DNA of 64,000 bases from Schizosaccharomyces osmophilus (lineage: Eukaryota). A model generated the notes under the pieces. It was not told the origin of the DNA. It made no database searches and saw nothing but the letters and a program-made list of their open reading frames with translations. Positions 48,826-62,539 of the stretch are shown one piece after another. Position 1 is the stretch's first letter; each line of letters starts with the position of its first letter. The stretch spans positions 4,712,001 through 4,776,000 of the forward strand of contig NC_079238.1 in NCBI RefSeq assembly GCF_027921745.1, given 5' to 3'. The position numbers and the translations under genes were made by a program.

Positions 48826-49753
48826 CCAATTCACGGTAGATAAGTCACGAAAGAGAGAGAAGGAGAAATACAGGCAGATAAAAAAGGACTTTGCTTTTTT
48901 CCCTTTCAACAAATGGTAAAACTTAAAATGAAACTAGCAGGAAGCCTCCTATATATATTATTTGTAATCAACCGTCTTACATTGCATTTTCGTACATGAC
49001 CAAGACATTCCCCCGTTGATTACAAAGCGACACCAAGACATGGCAAAGAAAAAGTTCCAAATTAAAAGCTTTCAAATCATTCTTCCATCATTCTCTTTTC
49101 TATCTATTTCTTATTGAAAAATCTATTATTCATCATCTTTATGCCACTGTTTTGCACCTTTTTTTCCATATTGTTGTGGTGGTAGTACTTGATTACTGGT
49201 CGTTTATAAAATATATCTTCTTATAACAGGATATTATACTGTATAATTATGTTACTATGATTTCATTGAGCAAAGCAAAAACGAACGAAAAGAATTCATA
49301 AACATAAAGAAAACTCAAGAAAAATTTGTAAAGGAAAGAAATATTATCAAAAAGTCCTATCCGGCGGTTTTCACGTGTCGATTTTCCATGTAGTAAGCAA
49401 GATTGGCGAGGGTAGTGTAGCTTCGAATGTAGAAAAGGTGAGTTCCGTCTGTGTTTTTTTTTTTTTTTATTTTATTTTATTTTTGTTTGTTACAATCTTT
49501 TTCTTTCTTTTTCAAATTCCTGTAATCATCGCTTTTTTCTTATTTTCTTACATCGTTAGTCCGTATATTGGTTCACGACACCACCATTGAAATCCAAGGG
49601 TTCTTTTTCCTGGTTACTTCTTTTCCATTTACATTTGAAAGCTCTTCACTTAAATTGCTTTCCCTAGTTTTCCTGTTTCTATTGTCCCCTCGAGTCCTTT
49701 CCCACCAGACCAAGGCCAAACGTAACCATCTTCATCTAGTAGCCTTGCTTTCC

Positions 49754-50327
49754 ATGGAGAATCTAAGAAAACGCATCATCACCTATACTGGGAGCAAAGA
49801 GACGTACGACGAGGAGGATGCTACTCCACTCAGTCAACAAGGTAAGCCTCCTCTCTATCCTGCCCATTAATTTACTAACATACTGTTGTCCTTTAGAACA
49901 AGAAGCTTTTATTGAACACTTACGGCTAACAAATACAAGAGATAATCGCATGTTTTCTATTTTATTCTCCTTCTTGTTTCTCGTTCTAGCCGTACCCGTC
50001 CTTTTGTACCCAGAGAGCTTTTTCTACAAACTCGTTGAGGTCCTAGTCCTAGGCTCTAGTGCCTTCGTCATGTATTTCCTTCCTACAGACTATATTCTTG
50101 GTTCTCCTGCAATTCCATTTCAATGGAAAGTTTTGCTATCCTCAAATATCGCTCTCCCGGCAGCTGTATTCCTCTTCACCATTCACAAACAATCATCCAT
50201 TCTTGGGGCTTTGTTTTCTATGCGATTCCTTGCTTTGGCTGTTTCTGTTTTCACTGAACTTACTCGTTATTCCATGTATTCTGCTGCTTTGGGCGTAGAA
50301 AAGCTCGATAATATGCGATTCGCATAG
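49754..50327 (+). CDS. Small membrane protein (SPBC660.17c-like); intron 49842-49896
   Basis: Splices in frame to 172 aa with about 4 hydrophobic segments; next to gnd1. Confidence 0.78.
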
Positions 50328-50618
50328 CCGTTTTCTCTGTTAGTATATTTAAAAAGATCCTTGCAAACGAGCATTCCTTTCTTTGTCCTCTATCACTCTT
50401 TTTAGCTTTATTCTCATCTTTCATAATGTCAGTGAGTCCTACTTCCATTCCTATTCTTCCTTAGTTACTACTTAATTTATTTATGAATCTAAATTATGCA
50501 ACATTTCCATTTTAAGGATTCATACATGAACACAATTTTATTCATTTATTTGTACACACAAAGGAAATTCACAGGCGTTATGCAACTAAAATAGAACAAA
50601 AACCAATCATAAAGGCGC

Positions 50619-52475
50619 TTAGGCAATGTAGGTAGAAGCACTGACATTACCACCACGGCCGGTCCAGTTGAGGTGGACATCCTTGTCAGCGGGAAGAGAC
50701 TCGTCAGCTTCTTCAGGCAAGACACGGAAAGTATGAGCACCAAAGTAGTCACGTTGGGCTTGCAACAAACCAGCGGGCAAGACAGAGCTACGGTAACCGT
50801 CGTAGAAAGCAAGACCAGCAGAAGTGGCAGGAGTGGGGATACCCAAGAGAGCGGCTTGGGAAACAACACGGCGCCAGCCGTCTTGAGACTTGTGGATGGC
50901 ATCAGTGAAGAAGGGGTGGAAGAGAATAGATTCGAGCTTGGGGTCTTCACGGAAAGCTTCAGTGATATCCTTGAGGAAAACGGAGCGAATAATGCAACCA
51001 CCACGCCACATCAAAGCGATACCAGCATTGTTGAGCTTCCAGCCGTATTCCTTAGCAGCTTCACGCATAAGCATGAAACCTTGGGCATAAGAGATAATCT
51101 TGGAGGCATACAAAGCATCCTCCAAATCATTGATGATTTGTTGCTTGTCACCAGTGAACTTGTTGGTGGGACCAGGGAGCTTCTCGGAGGCACGAAGACG
51201 TTCACTCTTCAAGGAGGAAAGGCTACGAGCGAAGACGGCTTCAGAAATCAAAGTAACGGGGGTACCCATTTCCAAAGCGTTTTGACCGGTCCACTTACCG
51301 GTACCCTTTTGGCCAGCGGCATCGACGATCTTTTCAACGACGGACTTGCCATCGTTGGCCTTGAAACTCAAGACATCACGGGTGATTTCAATCAAGAAAG
51401 AGTCGAGCTTACCCTTGTTCCACTTTTCAAAAATGGAAACGATTTCGTCGATGGACAAACCAAGACCACGCTTGAGGATGTCATAAGTTTCGCAAATCAA
51501 TTGCATATCACCGTACTCAATACCGTTGTGAACCATCTTGACATAGTGACCAGCACCTTGTTCACCAACCCAATCGCAGCAAGGCTCGTTGTCACCGGCC
51601 TTGGCGGCAAGAGATTGGAAAATGGGCTTGATACGGGGCCAGGCAGCAGGGTTACCACCAGGCATCAAGGATGGACCATGGCGAGCACCCTCTTCACCAC
51701 CGGAGACACCGGAACCAACGAAGAGAATGTTCTTCTTGGCCAACTCTTCACAACGGCGAGTGGTGTCGGGGTAGTGAGAGTTACCACCGTCAATGATGAT
51801 ATCACCATCTTCAAGGTGAGGAAGCAACATGTCGATAAAAGAATCGACAGCAGGGCCAGCCTTGACGAGCAAGATAGCGACACGGGGCTTCTTCAACTTG
51901 GAAACGAACTCTTCGACAGAGCGAGCGCCAACAATGGACTTGCCTAAAAACAACGAGTGGATTAGCAACTAGTTTTTGGCTAAGATGAAAAAATCAACAC
52001 AAAAGAACGTGTTGGAGTTTTTTTAAAGATTTTGGTTTGCTGCTTACCCTTGGCTTCATTGTCCATAAAGTTATCGACCTTGGAGACAGTACGGTTGAAA
52101 GCGCAAACGGTAAAACTAGTTGTGGTTAGTCGGGTTTATTTGCTCGCGAGAGGGATTCTCCCTCAGTCATCCAACAGCCGTCCAAAATAAGCAAAACTGC
52201 TGTTTCCATGGAAGACGAGGAAGGGGAAGAGAAAAAAAAAACATACCCTTTATCAGCACCGTTTAAAATGAGGTTTTGACCCATTACGGCCAAACCAATA
52301 AGACCAAAATCTTTCTCGATGTTAGTATTCCACACAAATCACAGAACCCAACAAAACATCGTCGATGTCGGGCAAAGGGGTTCCATACCAGCTCTACACG
52401 ATTAGCATATGCTCGAAACAAATAAACAAGCAAGAAAAGCTCTGTTCTATTCACTTACACAGCAGTTTGAGACAT
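50619..52475 (-). CDS. gnd1: 6-phosphogluconate dehydrogenase; exons 52475-52459, 52393-52389, 52310-52247, 52115-52048, 51943-50619
   Basis: GLAVMG, DGGNSHY, SGGEEGA, KMVHNGIEY, GQKGTGKW, QRDYFGAH; 492 aa in frame. Confidence 0.97.
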
Positions 52476-52841
52476 CTTTCTATATATTCCGTGAACGATC
52501 GTGTTGGTCGTTTACAAGTTATATACAACTGGTATGTCCCAGTCCCGTTTATACAACTTTCCGTTTTCGTACGCATGACGTAATCATCAAGCAGGAAATC
52601 GTGGAACCTTTCGAAGAATCACGGATCATCTTTTTGCTGACGAATACGCAGGTGACGTGTATTGTCAACGCAGAAGAGCGAAGGCGGGCGGATTGCGCAG
52701 CGATTCTTTTTTTTTGTGTCCCTAGTGGAAAGAGAGCAGCGTCCCAAGGGGAAGAAGAGGAGGAAAGACAGAAAAAAAACCCCCCAAGTTGTATAAAGAG
52801 GGAGAAAAAATAAAACTCGTCCATGGAGTCTACGCGTTCAA

Positions 52842-52844
<3 letters not shown>

Positions 52845-52876
<32 letters not shown>
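52845..52876. repeat. (TC)16 microsatellite
   Basis: Read directly from the sequence. Confidence 0.95.
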
Positions 52877-52880
<4 letters not shown>

Positions 52881-53400
52881 TCTTTCCTCTCCTTTCAACC
52901 GCCAGCTAAATGTAAACAAACAACCCAAGACGACCATCTCTCCACTCTTTTCCAGCAAACATCCCTGCAAGGTCCATGACAAATCCTTAGGAACGAGGCC
53001 GTTCTCCCTCCTCTCCCCTCCGATGCGTCGTCATATACCTGTCGTTCTTGCCCTGTTGATTCGCTTCTGTGGTCCTTGAATCACTTGCATCGCTCAACCT
53101 TAATGAAAAGCTTCAACCTTGAATTCTTCGCAGTTTCGATTTATCTACGACGTCTCCATTGAGCGAGTTTCCCGTTGTCCCATCATTTTGCTTTGCTCTT
53201 TGTTTTGATGCTTTGAAGCGCCTTGGTGGTGGTGACCGCTTTCCCCACGTCCGTTCACTCAGCTCCAACCTTAAACAACGCGTGTCCAGTACTTGCGAAG
53301 GATGTAAACAAAGACTTTCTTTGTAAAAGAGGGTAGATGACGGTTTGGGATGGTTTGAATGGTTTAGTATAGTAGAGGATGCATAGGATGGTACAGGATG

Positions 53401-53427
53401 AAAAAAAAAAAAAAAAAAAAAAAAAAA
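53401..53427. repeat. A27 homopolymer
   Basis: Read directly from the sequence. Confidence 0.95.
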
Positions 53428-53780
53428 TGGATCCTCTGTATAGCTTTTGGTAACTTTTGTTTGCGGATGAATGTTACAACTCTCTATCTCTGTGTATGTC
53501 TCTCCCATTCAACGTCTTTTCCTTCTATGCCTCCTACTCTACCACTGTTACACTCCCTATGGAACCAATGGACAAGGCATGGCAGACTCGAAACCGCCAC
53601 TTTTGTTCTTTTCTAAGATAAAAAAAAAACAGCTCTCTAAATAACAATAAGATACTTTATAAAGGGAATATTACAAGAAAAAATTATGGTCATAGATTTT
53701 TCTTTCAAAGAACAAAAACGTAGTAGTTGTCCTAAACAGGATGCCTCCTGTCAACATCCACTTTTCCATCATGGACTTTT

Positions 53781-55495
53781 TTATCGACGGTAGGGATGAA
53801 AACTATGTCCACCGCCTCCTGCAGATCCTCCACGACGACCTCCACGATACCGTTGTCGATTGGGTCCTCCAGGATTTCGGTTGGGATATCCTCCGCCTCG
53901 TCCACCACTTCCTGAACCTGCTTCCCCAGGTCCCTTTGATGGATCGAAATACCCAGCTCCTCCTCCTTGTTGTTGCTGTTGCTGTTGCCATTCGGCCATC
54001 CCAGCTGGCATCGCAGGCTGCGTATACGGCATCGTGCCTGCGGCCGCTGCCGGCATATTCCGCATTGCTTCCATATACTGCTGCATTTGACGATAATATT
54101 GCGCCATCATCGCAGGTGTCATGCCTCCGTACATATTCATGTTTTGTGAATAATACGGATTCATTCCTCCATTGAAATTCTGCTGGTGTCGGTCATGGCT
54201 TTCCCGTAAACTCGACTTTGGCGTAGCCCGTTTCACTTCCACTGGCTTTCCATGAATCGTGATGTACGGTTGTGACATCGTCGCCTCTACCGCAGACTCA
54301 TTTTCAAAGGTTACAAATCCAAATCCACGGGGCCGTCCCGTGTCTTTGTCCATCATTAGCGTCGCATCTAATACTCGGCCAAAATTATTAAAGAAATCGC
54401 GAAATTCTTCTTCTGTGCAATCCCCTGGAACTCCCCCTACAAACATCTTTGCTGTTTTTTCTTGCTCTTCTCGAGGAATTGCTCGCTTCGGGTCAATCTA
54501 TCCCACGTTAGCATACACTTTTCCACCCAATCTCATCCAAAAAATCTTCCGATAAATTGTTTCTCTTTTACTTACTATTTTTCCGTCCAAATGATGCTCT
54601 TTCGACATCACGTCGTTTACACATCTGGGATCCTTAAACGTCAAAAATCCAAACCCACGTGATCGTCCGCTCGTGCTGTCTCGCATAACTGTACAGTCTA
54701 AAACTTCACCAAACTGTTCAAAGTAATCACGGAGTGACTCTAATTACGTTAACAACCTTGCTCTTTCCAAACACCGAATTTCTGAATTCTTTCTTTTGAT
54801 TTTCGCCAACTCCACCAACGTCTTGACCGGCCGATTTCTAAATCAAATCTCTTTCACTTACCATCAGTCGTTTCCCAGTTCAAGCCACCAATAAACATTT
54901 TTCTAGCTCAGTTAGCTTCACCATTCACCACCTTTCCTATCTGGAACAATAGGATTTTGTCAACTAGTCCATACCCGTCCTCTTTATTAAAAGGGCTTTG
55001 GTCTTCTTTATTTTCGTCCTGCTGTCTTGTCTCGGAATACGACATGCCAGTGGGATTGGGTACGTTCGCATACGAAGGGGTGGAGTTTTCAGTGCTTTCT
55101 GCTGCTTCCCAGCTAGCTGAAATTCGAGCCTGTTCTTCATCCTCATTTCCAGTGAATCCTTTGTGCTCAGCTCCATCGTCTTCGTACGTCTCTTGATGCG
55201 AATATTCATCCACATTGGCGCCTTCTTTTTCACTTTTTGCTGGGTTCGAAATCTCTGTCTCGTTTTCTTCGCCAATTTCTTCGTTTTTCGCTATTTTTTC
55301 TTCTCCACCAGCTTCTAAAGATTGATTTTCTCCTTGCTTTGACTCATTTTTTGATTCGCCTGTCTCTTGAGATTTCTCAACATCATTCTCTTCACCACTA
55401 ATCAGTTCAATTATTAGTCTATTGTCCTGCCACGCACGTCTTACTTACTATAGGTCTTTAAATAACTCATCGTCTTCAAAATCCGATCCTCCCAT
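53781..55495 (-). CDS. msi2: Hrp1/Musashi-like tandem-RRM mRNA 3'-processing factor (multi-exon)
   Basis: MGGSDFEDDELFKDLY start; MFIGGLNWETTD; RGFGF twice; RGG tail ending FHPYRR (PY-NLS). Confidence 0.9.
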
Positions 55496-56146
55496 CCCGA
55501 ATATAAGAATCTATTGACAAAAGAATTATGGTGGTAGTAGTGAAATGGAAAGACGTGAAATCCCCGCGCTTCACTCTTACTTTGGGAAAGGCAGTGCACC
55601 ACTGTATGTTGTTTTACTGAGGAATAATGAAGTTTAACAATAGTAAAGAAACTCCTATTTACGTAATGTTTTGTTAGGCAGATGTATATATTAATGCTAA
55701 TAAAAACGAAACTAAGAGGTGTGATAATAAGACATATGAAAATAAAAGGTAACGGAGAAAAGTAGAAACCGAAAAAGAACAGGAGAATTTGGCGTTCTTA
55801 GCGTGGAGATGGAAGTATGTTGTCGCGGGTATATTAGAATCCAGCAGAATAAATAAGATAAATGAGAACCGGACATAAAAATAAGGGAATAAAGAGGGAA
55901 TAAAGTATACTGAGGAGTAGATGAAATGCTAGTTTGTTTACCTTCGCTCTGAATGCAAAGAAAAGGGTGTTTTGGCTAGTGGAAACAGAAACAGAAGTCG
56001 CCAGAAGGGAAGAAAATCGTGTCAAGAAAGAGAACTATAAAAAAATCAAAAACGAACCAGAAGACAAATTTGGGAAATCCTTATTCAGGAGGCGTCTGCC
56101 TTGCAGAGAGTTACGAGACAATCTGCGGTTTTCATATTGACAAATC

Positions 56147-57935
56147 CTAAAGAGTGGTTTCCAGCCAGGAAGAACGATCTTCAAAAATGATCGCTGGTAA
56201 TTTTGATTGTTCATGCACATACCCGATTTCATCCGTGCTTAGCAGCTGTTCAGCAGTGATTCGATCTTCTGGATCTGGTGCTATCATTCTATAAAGCATT
56301 TTTTCAAGAGACTCAGCACAAGCCGTTTTCGACAGTAACATCTGTTCCTGGGGTGTCAGGAACTGTGTTAACTTTGGCAAATCAGAAAAATCGGCTGAGC
56401 GTAATCGCTGCCATTCGAGACCGTTGTCTGGAAGAACCACGTTGGTCGCTGCCTCAATCATGCTAAGGCCCAAAGAAAAAATATCGGCCGGTTTATCATA
56501 AGCATGCATCATTAATACTTCCGGTGCTATGTACATCCTGTCCCCCTCCAAGTCTGACAATGAAGAAACTGGAAGACTTGAAGATAAACCAAAGTCGGAA
56601 ATTTTTAGATTTCCTTCGCGGGTAATAAGCACATTCGAAGGCTTCACGTCTAGATGCACAACTCCGAGCCTATGCAAGTAGAATAAACCCTAAAAAAGTC
56701 AACAAACATCTGTTCAAATTACTTACCTGGCCCAACTGTAATAGAATTTTCCAAACACGGAACGAATCGAGTACTTGCATTAAACCCAGTTCCGTTAAAA
56801 ATGTGCCTAAATCACCATTTTCGCAATATTCTAGTTGAAGAAAAAGTTGATCTTTATGTTCCCAAAAGTCGACCATGTTCACAATGCGCGGAGAGTCGCG
56901 CACCTGATTCAGAATATTGGCTTCCTGAATTTGTCGCATAGTTTCCTTCGTGCTATTACCTTTTCTCTTCACAATTTTCACAATCGAAAAATCTTCAGCC
57001 ATTTTTGAAACCTTGTAAACATAAGAGAAATCACTTTCGCGCAACAATTTCACCTGGCAAAATCGGCCATACAGCATTTCGGTACAGCGGTCGACATCAT
57101 TAAACTCATCATGACTCATTGTACTAAAGAGGTTTGGACTTGTAGGTGTCCAACTCAGCGATGACGATTCATCTTCATCTTCGTCCTCATCTTCTTTCCA
57201 ACTTGTCGTAGGGGGAGTATGTAGAAAAATAGATTGAGACTTAGTTGGCGTATTATAAGTACTCATGTACTCATCAGGGCTACAAGAAAATGTTGGCAAT
57301 GGTAGCATATCCATGCTGTCTTCCAAATCCTCAGATGCCGACTTTTCGGACTTCAAGCATTGCAAAAAATCAGGACCAGGGCACTTCCTGCGAAGTAGTA
57401 GGGAAGAAGGGGACGTTGGGGATTCTGGGTAACCACTGCTCATATGAGAAATGCGTTTACAGGGTGTGTGAGGTTGTTCGCTTTTTGGGTTAGTTGAATT
57501 GATTTCCCATAACATTTGTTTTTCGCGTTTCGACAAGAGCCCTGTACTAAGTGCACCAGAAAAATTTGTATGATTTTTATCTAAAGGTGTTATATTCTCT
57601 TGACGTTGATCACTATCTTTTCTTTTACAGTCTAAAAGACTAGGAAGGAGTCCCGGTGGTTTTTTTTCGTCGACATCCATTCGAGAGAACAATCCACGTC
57701 GTAAAGTAGTAGATAAGCGCACATTTTTCTTAGGATTCATCAATGGCGTATGTGGACTGTCTTCGAATGCGGAAGCATTGTTGATTTGCGATTGAGGTGA
57801 GTAGGACTCATTGGACATTGAATCACTAATGATGCTTTCATTCCCAGAAAACAGTCGCCTTTTCCGTGCATGGTCATCTAAGGAAGAAAACGATGAACGC
57901 GTTGGTGTACTAGGTGTCATAGAAACAGAATCCAT
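56147..57935 (-). CDS. mik1: Wee1-family kinase Mik1; intron 56690-56726
   Basis: LEYCENGDL, HLDVKPSN, DFG, EGDRMYIAPE, WQRLRS; 583 aa; MCB promoter. Confidence 0.92.
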
Positions 57936-58180
57936 TATTGATATATCCCGTATCTTTGTTCTTTAAATAACTAGGAGTTTATAGATAATATATATTGTAA
58001 GTACAAAATGAGGCGACACGTAAATGGTTGAAGTGATTGGAACTTTCAGTATTATTGAGGTTTATTTCTCCCAATTAAATAGATCAGCTTCTCAAATTCT
58101 TTGGGAAGTTTCCTTTCCAAAGAAAGGAACTAATATGTCTTGTTTATTGAGTGTTGCTGGAAGAAGACAGCATTCATCAA

Positions 58181-58310
58181 GTAAACAATAAACAGAGTCG
58201 CGAGTTTCATGACGCGTACACAAACGCGTCGCGTCGCGTCGCGTAAATGACAATTATTTACCTGACGCGTCGGGTCCTTCTTGAGTAGTATTTCAATATA
58301 ACGCGACGCG
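58181..58310. promoter_or_regulatory. MCB (MBF) cluster in the mik1/ssb1 divergent promoter
   Basis: ACGCGT at 58212, 58224 and 58265; tandem CGCGT repeats; CGCGACGCG at ~58302; GTAAACAA at 58181. Confidence 0.88.
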
Positions 58311-58363
58311 CCGCCGTATCCTTCCTAAAACCAAACACTCAAAAAAGCAAAGTAAATTGAAAA

Positions 58364-60286
58364 ATGGCCGAACGGCTTTCCGTTGGTTCGTTGCGTGTTA
58401 TAAAGTATGTTTCATTTAATTTAAATCAGTATAAAAACGAATTTGCACACGAAGTACTAACACGGTAAATTAGCACCTCAGATTCTTCGTCTTATCCTCC
58501 AAATCCTGTTCTTCAGGTATTGACGGTTAAAGAATTAAACTCGAACCCCACATCTGGAGCACCTAAACGCTATCGTGTTGTTCTTTCCGACTCCATTAAC
58601 TATGCACAGTCCATGCTTAGCACTCAACTCAACCACTTAGTAGCTGAAAATAAGCTTGCGAAGGGTGCTTTTGTGCAACTCACACAATTTACGGTCAATA
58701 TCATGAAAGAAAGAAAGATCTTGATTGTTCTTGGTCTAGACGTATTAACTGAACTTGGATTCATGGAAAAGATTGGAAACCCGGCCGGGTTAGAAACTGT
58801 AGACTCACTGCGTCAACAACCTCAACCTCCCGTAAATGAAGGATCCTTGAATCAACCTTCTGCGCCCGCCAACTATCCTGCTAACACAGGTAGTTTTTAC
58901 GGAAATAACTCACCCAGTACTGCACCTGCTCCTCCCCCGATGGTAAAGAGACCTTCGGGTCCTAATCCAGCAAATGGTTACAGCACTATCATCTATCCTA
59001 TCGAAGGTCTTTCTCCTTATCAAAACAAGTGGACCATTCGGGCTCGTGTTACCAACAAGTCCGATATCAAACACTGGCATAACCAACGTGGCGAGGGAAA
59101 GCTTTTCAGCGTCAATTTATTAGATGAAAGTGGCGAGATTCGAGCTACTGGGTTCAACGATCAGGTGGACGCTTTTTACGACATTTTGCATGAAGGCCAA
59201 GTTTACTACATCAGTCGCTGTCGTGTCAACATCGCCAAAAAACAATTCACGAATGTTCAGAATGAGTACGAGCTTATGTTTGAGCGTGATACCGAAATAA
59301 AAAAAGCTGAAGATCAATCCGCTGTACCTGTAGCAAGATTTAGTTTTGTCTCGTTACAAGAAGTTGGCAATGTTGCCAAGGACGCTGTAATTGATGTTAT
59401 TGGTGTCTTGCAAAGTATCGGTCCTGTGCAACAAATCACCAGCCGCGCTACTTCTCGGGGTTTTGATAAGCGTGATATTACTGTTGTTGATCAAACTGGG
59501 TTTGAAATGAGGATTACTTTATGGGGAAAACTTGCAATTGAATTCTCCGCTCCCGAAGAGAGCGTTTTGGCCTTCAAGGGTGTAAAAGTAAACGATTTCC
59601 AAGGTCGATCTTTATCTATGTTAACTAGTAGCACCATGTCTACTGATCCCGATATCCAAGAATCTCACCTGCTGAAAGGCTGGTATGATGGACAGGGTAG
59701 AGGCCAAGATTTTGCCAAACATAGCAATAATGCATCAATCAGCTCCGTTTCTGGACGCTCAGCGGAAAGGAAGACCATTGCAGACGTTCAAGCGGAACAT
59801 TTGGGCATGTCCGAAACACCTGACTATTTTAGTTTGAAAGGTACAATTGTTTATATCCGAAAGAAGAACGTATCGTACCCTGCGTGCCCTGCGCCAGATT
59901 GCAATAAAAAGATTTTCGACCAAGGGGGTTCTTGGCGATGTGAGAAATGTAATAAAGAATATGATGCTCCTCAATATCGATACATTATGACTATTGCAGT
60001 TGGTGATCATACTGGACAACTTTGGTTAAATGTTTTTGATGATGTTGGCAAAATAATTATGCATAAATCTGCGGACGAACTTAACGATTATCAAGAGAAC
60101 GATGAAAACGCTTTTATGAATTGTATGGCTGAAGCATGCTACATGCCATATATCTTTCAATGTCGCGCAAAGCAAGATAACTTTAAAGGAGAGACTCGTG
60201 TTCGTTACACTGTCACTTCCTTAAGTCAAATGAACTGGCAAGAAGAATCCAAGAAATTGATTGATTATATCCAAGGTGCAAACTAA
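58364..60286 (+). CDS. ssb1: RPA large subunit; intron 58405-58473
   Basis: LSPYQNKWTIRARVTNKS, OB folds, Zn finger CPAPDCNKK...CEKC; 617 aa. Confidence 0.96.
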
Positions 60287-60964
60287 ACTTCATTCACACA
60301 GTTACTCGCTGGTCGAGGAAAATTTTGCAAGACCCCTAAACGGGATCATTAATTGTGTATGAGAGCTCATCCTAGATTCATACTAAAATACTTCTCTCTT
60401 TTTTTTTTATTTAATACAATTTAGTTGCTATTTAACTCATCCCATACTGGTATACTCTTTATTAATTGAAATACTTTTGAAGTCAACACGAAACGGATCG
60501 TTTACTAGAAACAATTTAAAAAAAGAATTACAGTATCATTATTAAAATGTTTCAGCGCTGAAAAGCAAGATCAATCTTTGTTCGTACGTCTGCTCAAACT
60601 CTCGACAATCAAAATCAGAAAACGTTTCCTATAAATTTTACTCAAGTTTCAAAAGAAACTACTTTCCATTGAATTCCTTCTCTTACTGAATCTTATAAAG
60701 CGCGTATCTTGTCTTTCCAGCTTTTCTATTAAAAACAACGAAAAGCAGGGTCGGTCGCGTTCTTTTAACAACTTCCAACTACGTTTCTATCCACAATTCC
60801 GCTTCCGCTTTTTTTGGCTACATAATTTTGACGTTACAACTAAATTTAAGTCTTTTATTGTTTGATGTCTAAGCATTGAGTTGATTTATAACTTCTTTTT
60901 TTTTTTACGGGATTCATTCTTTTTTTGTAACTACAGTCCTTTTGACCCCTTTTTTAGGTTGAAC

Positions 60965-62155
60965 ATGTCAGAATGTATTCCTTTTGGACGTGCTTTAAAG
61001 CCGTATTTTATGTTAGATGAAAAATACGTATCTGTGAATAACGCGAGCTCGGGGGTGGTTTGTGTTCCTGCTTTTCAACGACATTTACAGTTGTTGGAGG
61101 AATCAGAAAAGGTCCAAGATTTACAAACGAGATACAGGTTACCCAAACTAGCCGAAAAAACTATGGATCAACTAGCAGAACTCTTGGATACCAGTCCTAA
61201 CAACCTTGCATTTTGTTTTTCCGCTACACAGGCGATTAGTTCTATTCTCTTAACGTTTCCTTGGATAGCTAACGATAGGATCTTAACTTTAAATCTGGCT
61301 TATCCTACATGCCAATTTGCTGTTGATTTTGTTCAAGATCGGTACGATGTTCAGATGGATACCATAGACATCGACTTTGCTTATGACCGTTCTGAGCTTT
61401 TGTCTCGAGTGGAATCGTATTTGGCAAAGAACAAGCCAAGACTCTTCATATTTGATTTTGTCACTTCTATGCCAGTGATTCAACTACCTTGCAAGGAACT
61501 CATCCAACTCTGTAAGAAATACAACGTGATTAGTGTTATAGATGCTGCTCATGGGATTGGGCTTTCTCCTCTTTCCATGTCGTCCCTGGACCCTGATTTT
61601 TTGTATACTAATGCTCATAAATGGCTGAATGCACCTTCAGGTACGACCATCTTGTATGTGTCTAAAAAGTACCACAATTCAATTGAAGCCCTTCCAATCT
61701 CCTACGGCTATCACATTCGTAAACAAAAATCTCCTCCCCCGGCCCCTTTAAACGCAAGGTTTCTGTATGCTTCTTCTACGGATTTACCTAAATTTATCGC
61801 CATTGATGCTGCAATAGCGTTCAGAAAGTCTATCGGCGGTGAACATAAGATTCAAAATTATAACTATGACATTATTATAAAGGGCGCGAAAATCATTGCT
61901 GAAGCCTTAGGGACATCTTATTTTGTATTAGCTCCTCCTATTGCTATGGTAAACGTCGAAATTCCCCTGCGGCGTATGCCATCCGCTGAATTTTTTGAAT
62001 ATTTTTGGCAAAGCAAGAATACTTTTCTTCGCTTCGTCGAATACCACGGCAAGTTTTACACTCGTATAGCCGGTGCTCCTTTCTTGGAAGAATCGGATTT
62101 TGTTTACATAGCGGGTGTCTTAAAAGAGCTTTGTCAAAATTCACCTGAAAACTAA
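60965..62155 (+). CDS. egt2: Hercynylcysteine sulfoxide lyase (PLP class V)
   Basis: DAAHGIG, TNAHKW; syntenic between ssb1 and tcg1. Confidence 0.83.
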   Translation: MSECIPFGRALKPYFMLDEKYVSVNNASSGVVCVPAFQRHLQLLEESEKVQDLQTRYRLPKLAEKTMDQLAELLDTSPNNLAFCFSATQAISSILLTFPWIANDRILTLNLAYPTCQFAVDFVQDRYDVQMDTIDIDFAYDRSELLSRVESYLAKNKPRLFIFDFVTSMPVIQLPCKELIQLCKKYNVISVIDAAHGIGLSPLSMSSLDPDFLYTNAHKWLNAPSGTTILYVSKKYHNSIEALPISYGYHIRKQKSPPPAPLNARFLYASSTDLPKFIAIDAAIAFRKSIGGEHKIQNYNYDIIIKGAKIIAEALGTSYFVLAPPIAMVNVEIPLRRMPSAEFFEYFWQSKNTFLRFVEYHGKFYTRIAGAPFLEESDFVYIAGVLKELCQNSPEN

Positions 62156-62539
62156 TAACTTACGACATAACTTTGCGGCTAATCCACCGCTTATGCTTCT
62201 AGCTACGAATACAGAAATACCTCACGATAGATACGACATATGCATAAATACAATTTTTTATTCATAACATGTTTTTTTTATAGTTCAGACAACATCCATA
62301 TGCTTTCCAACATACGAACAAATATATAAATTACAAAAAGCCTATGCAATAAATCCTATTCTACAGTTTTTTAGTTCTTACGCAAAGACTTTCTGCAGGA
62401 AAATGAACAAACGTTATAAGCGCAAGCGCAGGGTAAAGGAAGAAACATAAGTCGAAGGAACAAAGGGAGCTCTAAAAGAAAGTACAAACGATTACAGAGC
62501 ATGACAAATCATAAACTTAGAACATTTACTACAGCCTCC

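Noticed and set aside
50673..51947. 424-aa ORF antisense to gnd1
   Set aside because: Shadow ORF caused by strong codon bias of a highly expressed gene; no recognisable motifs
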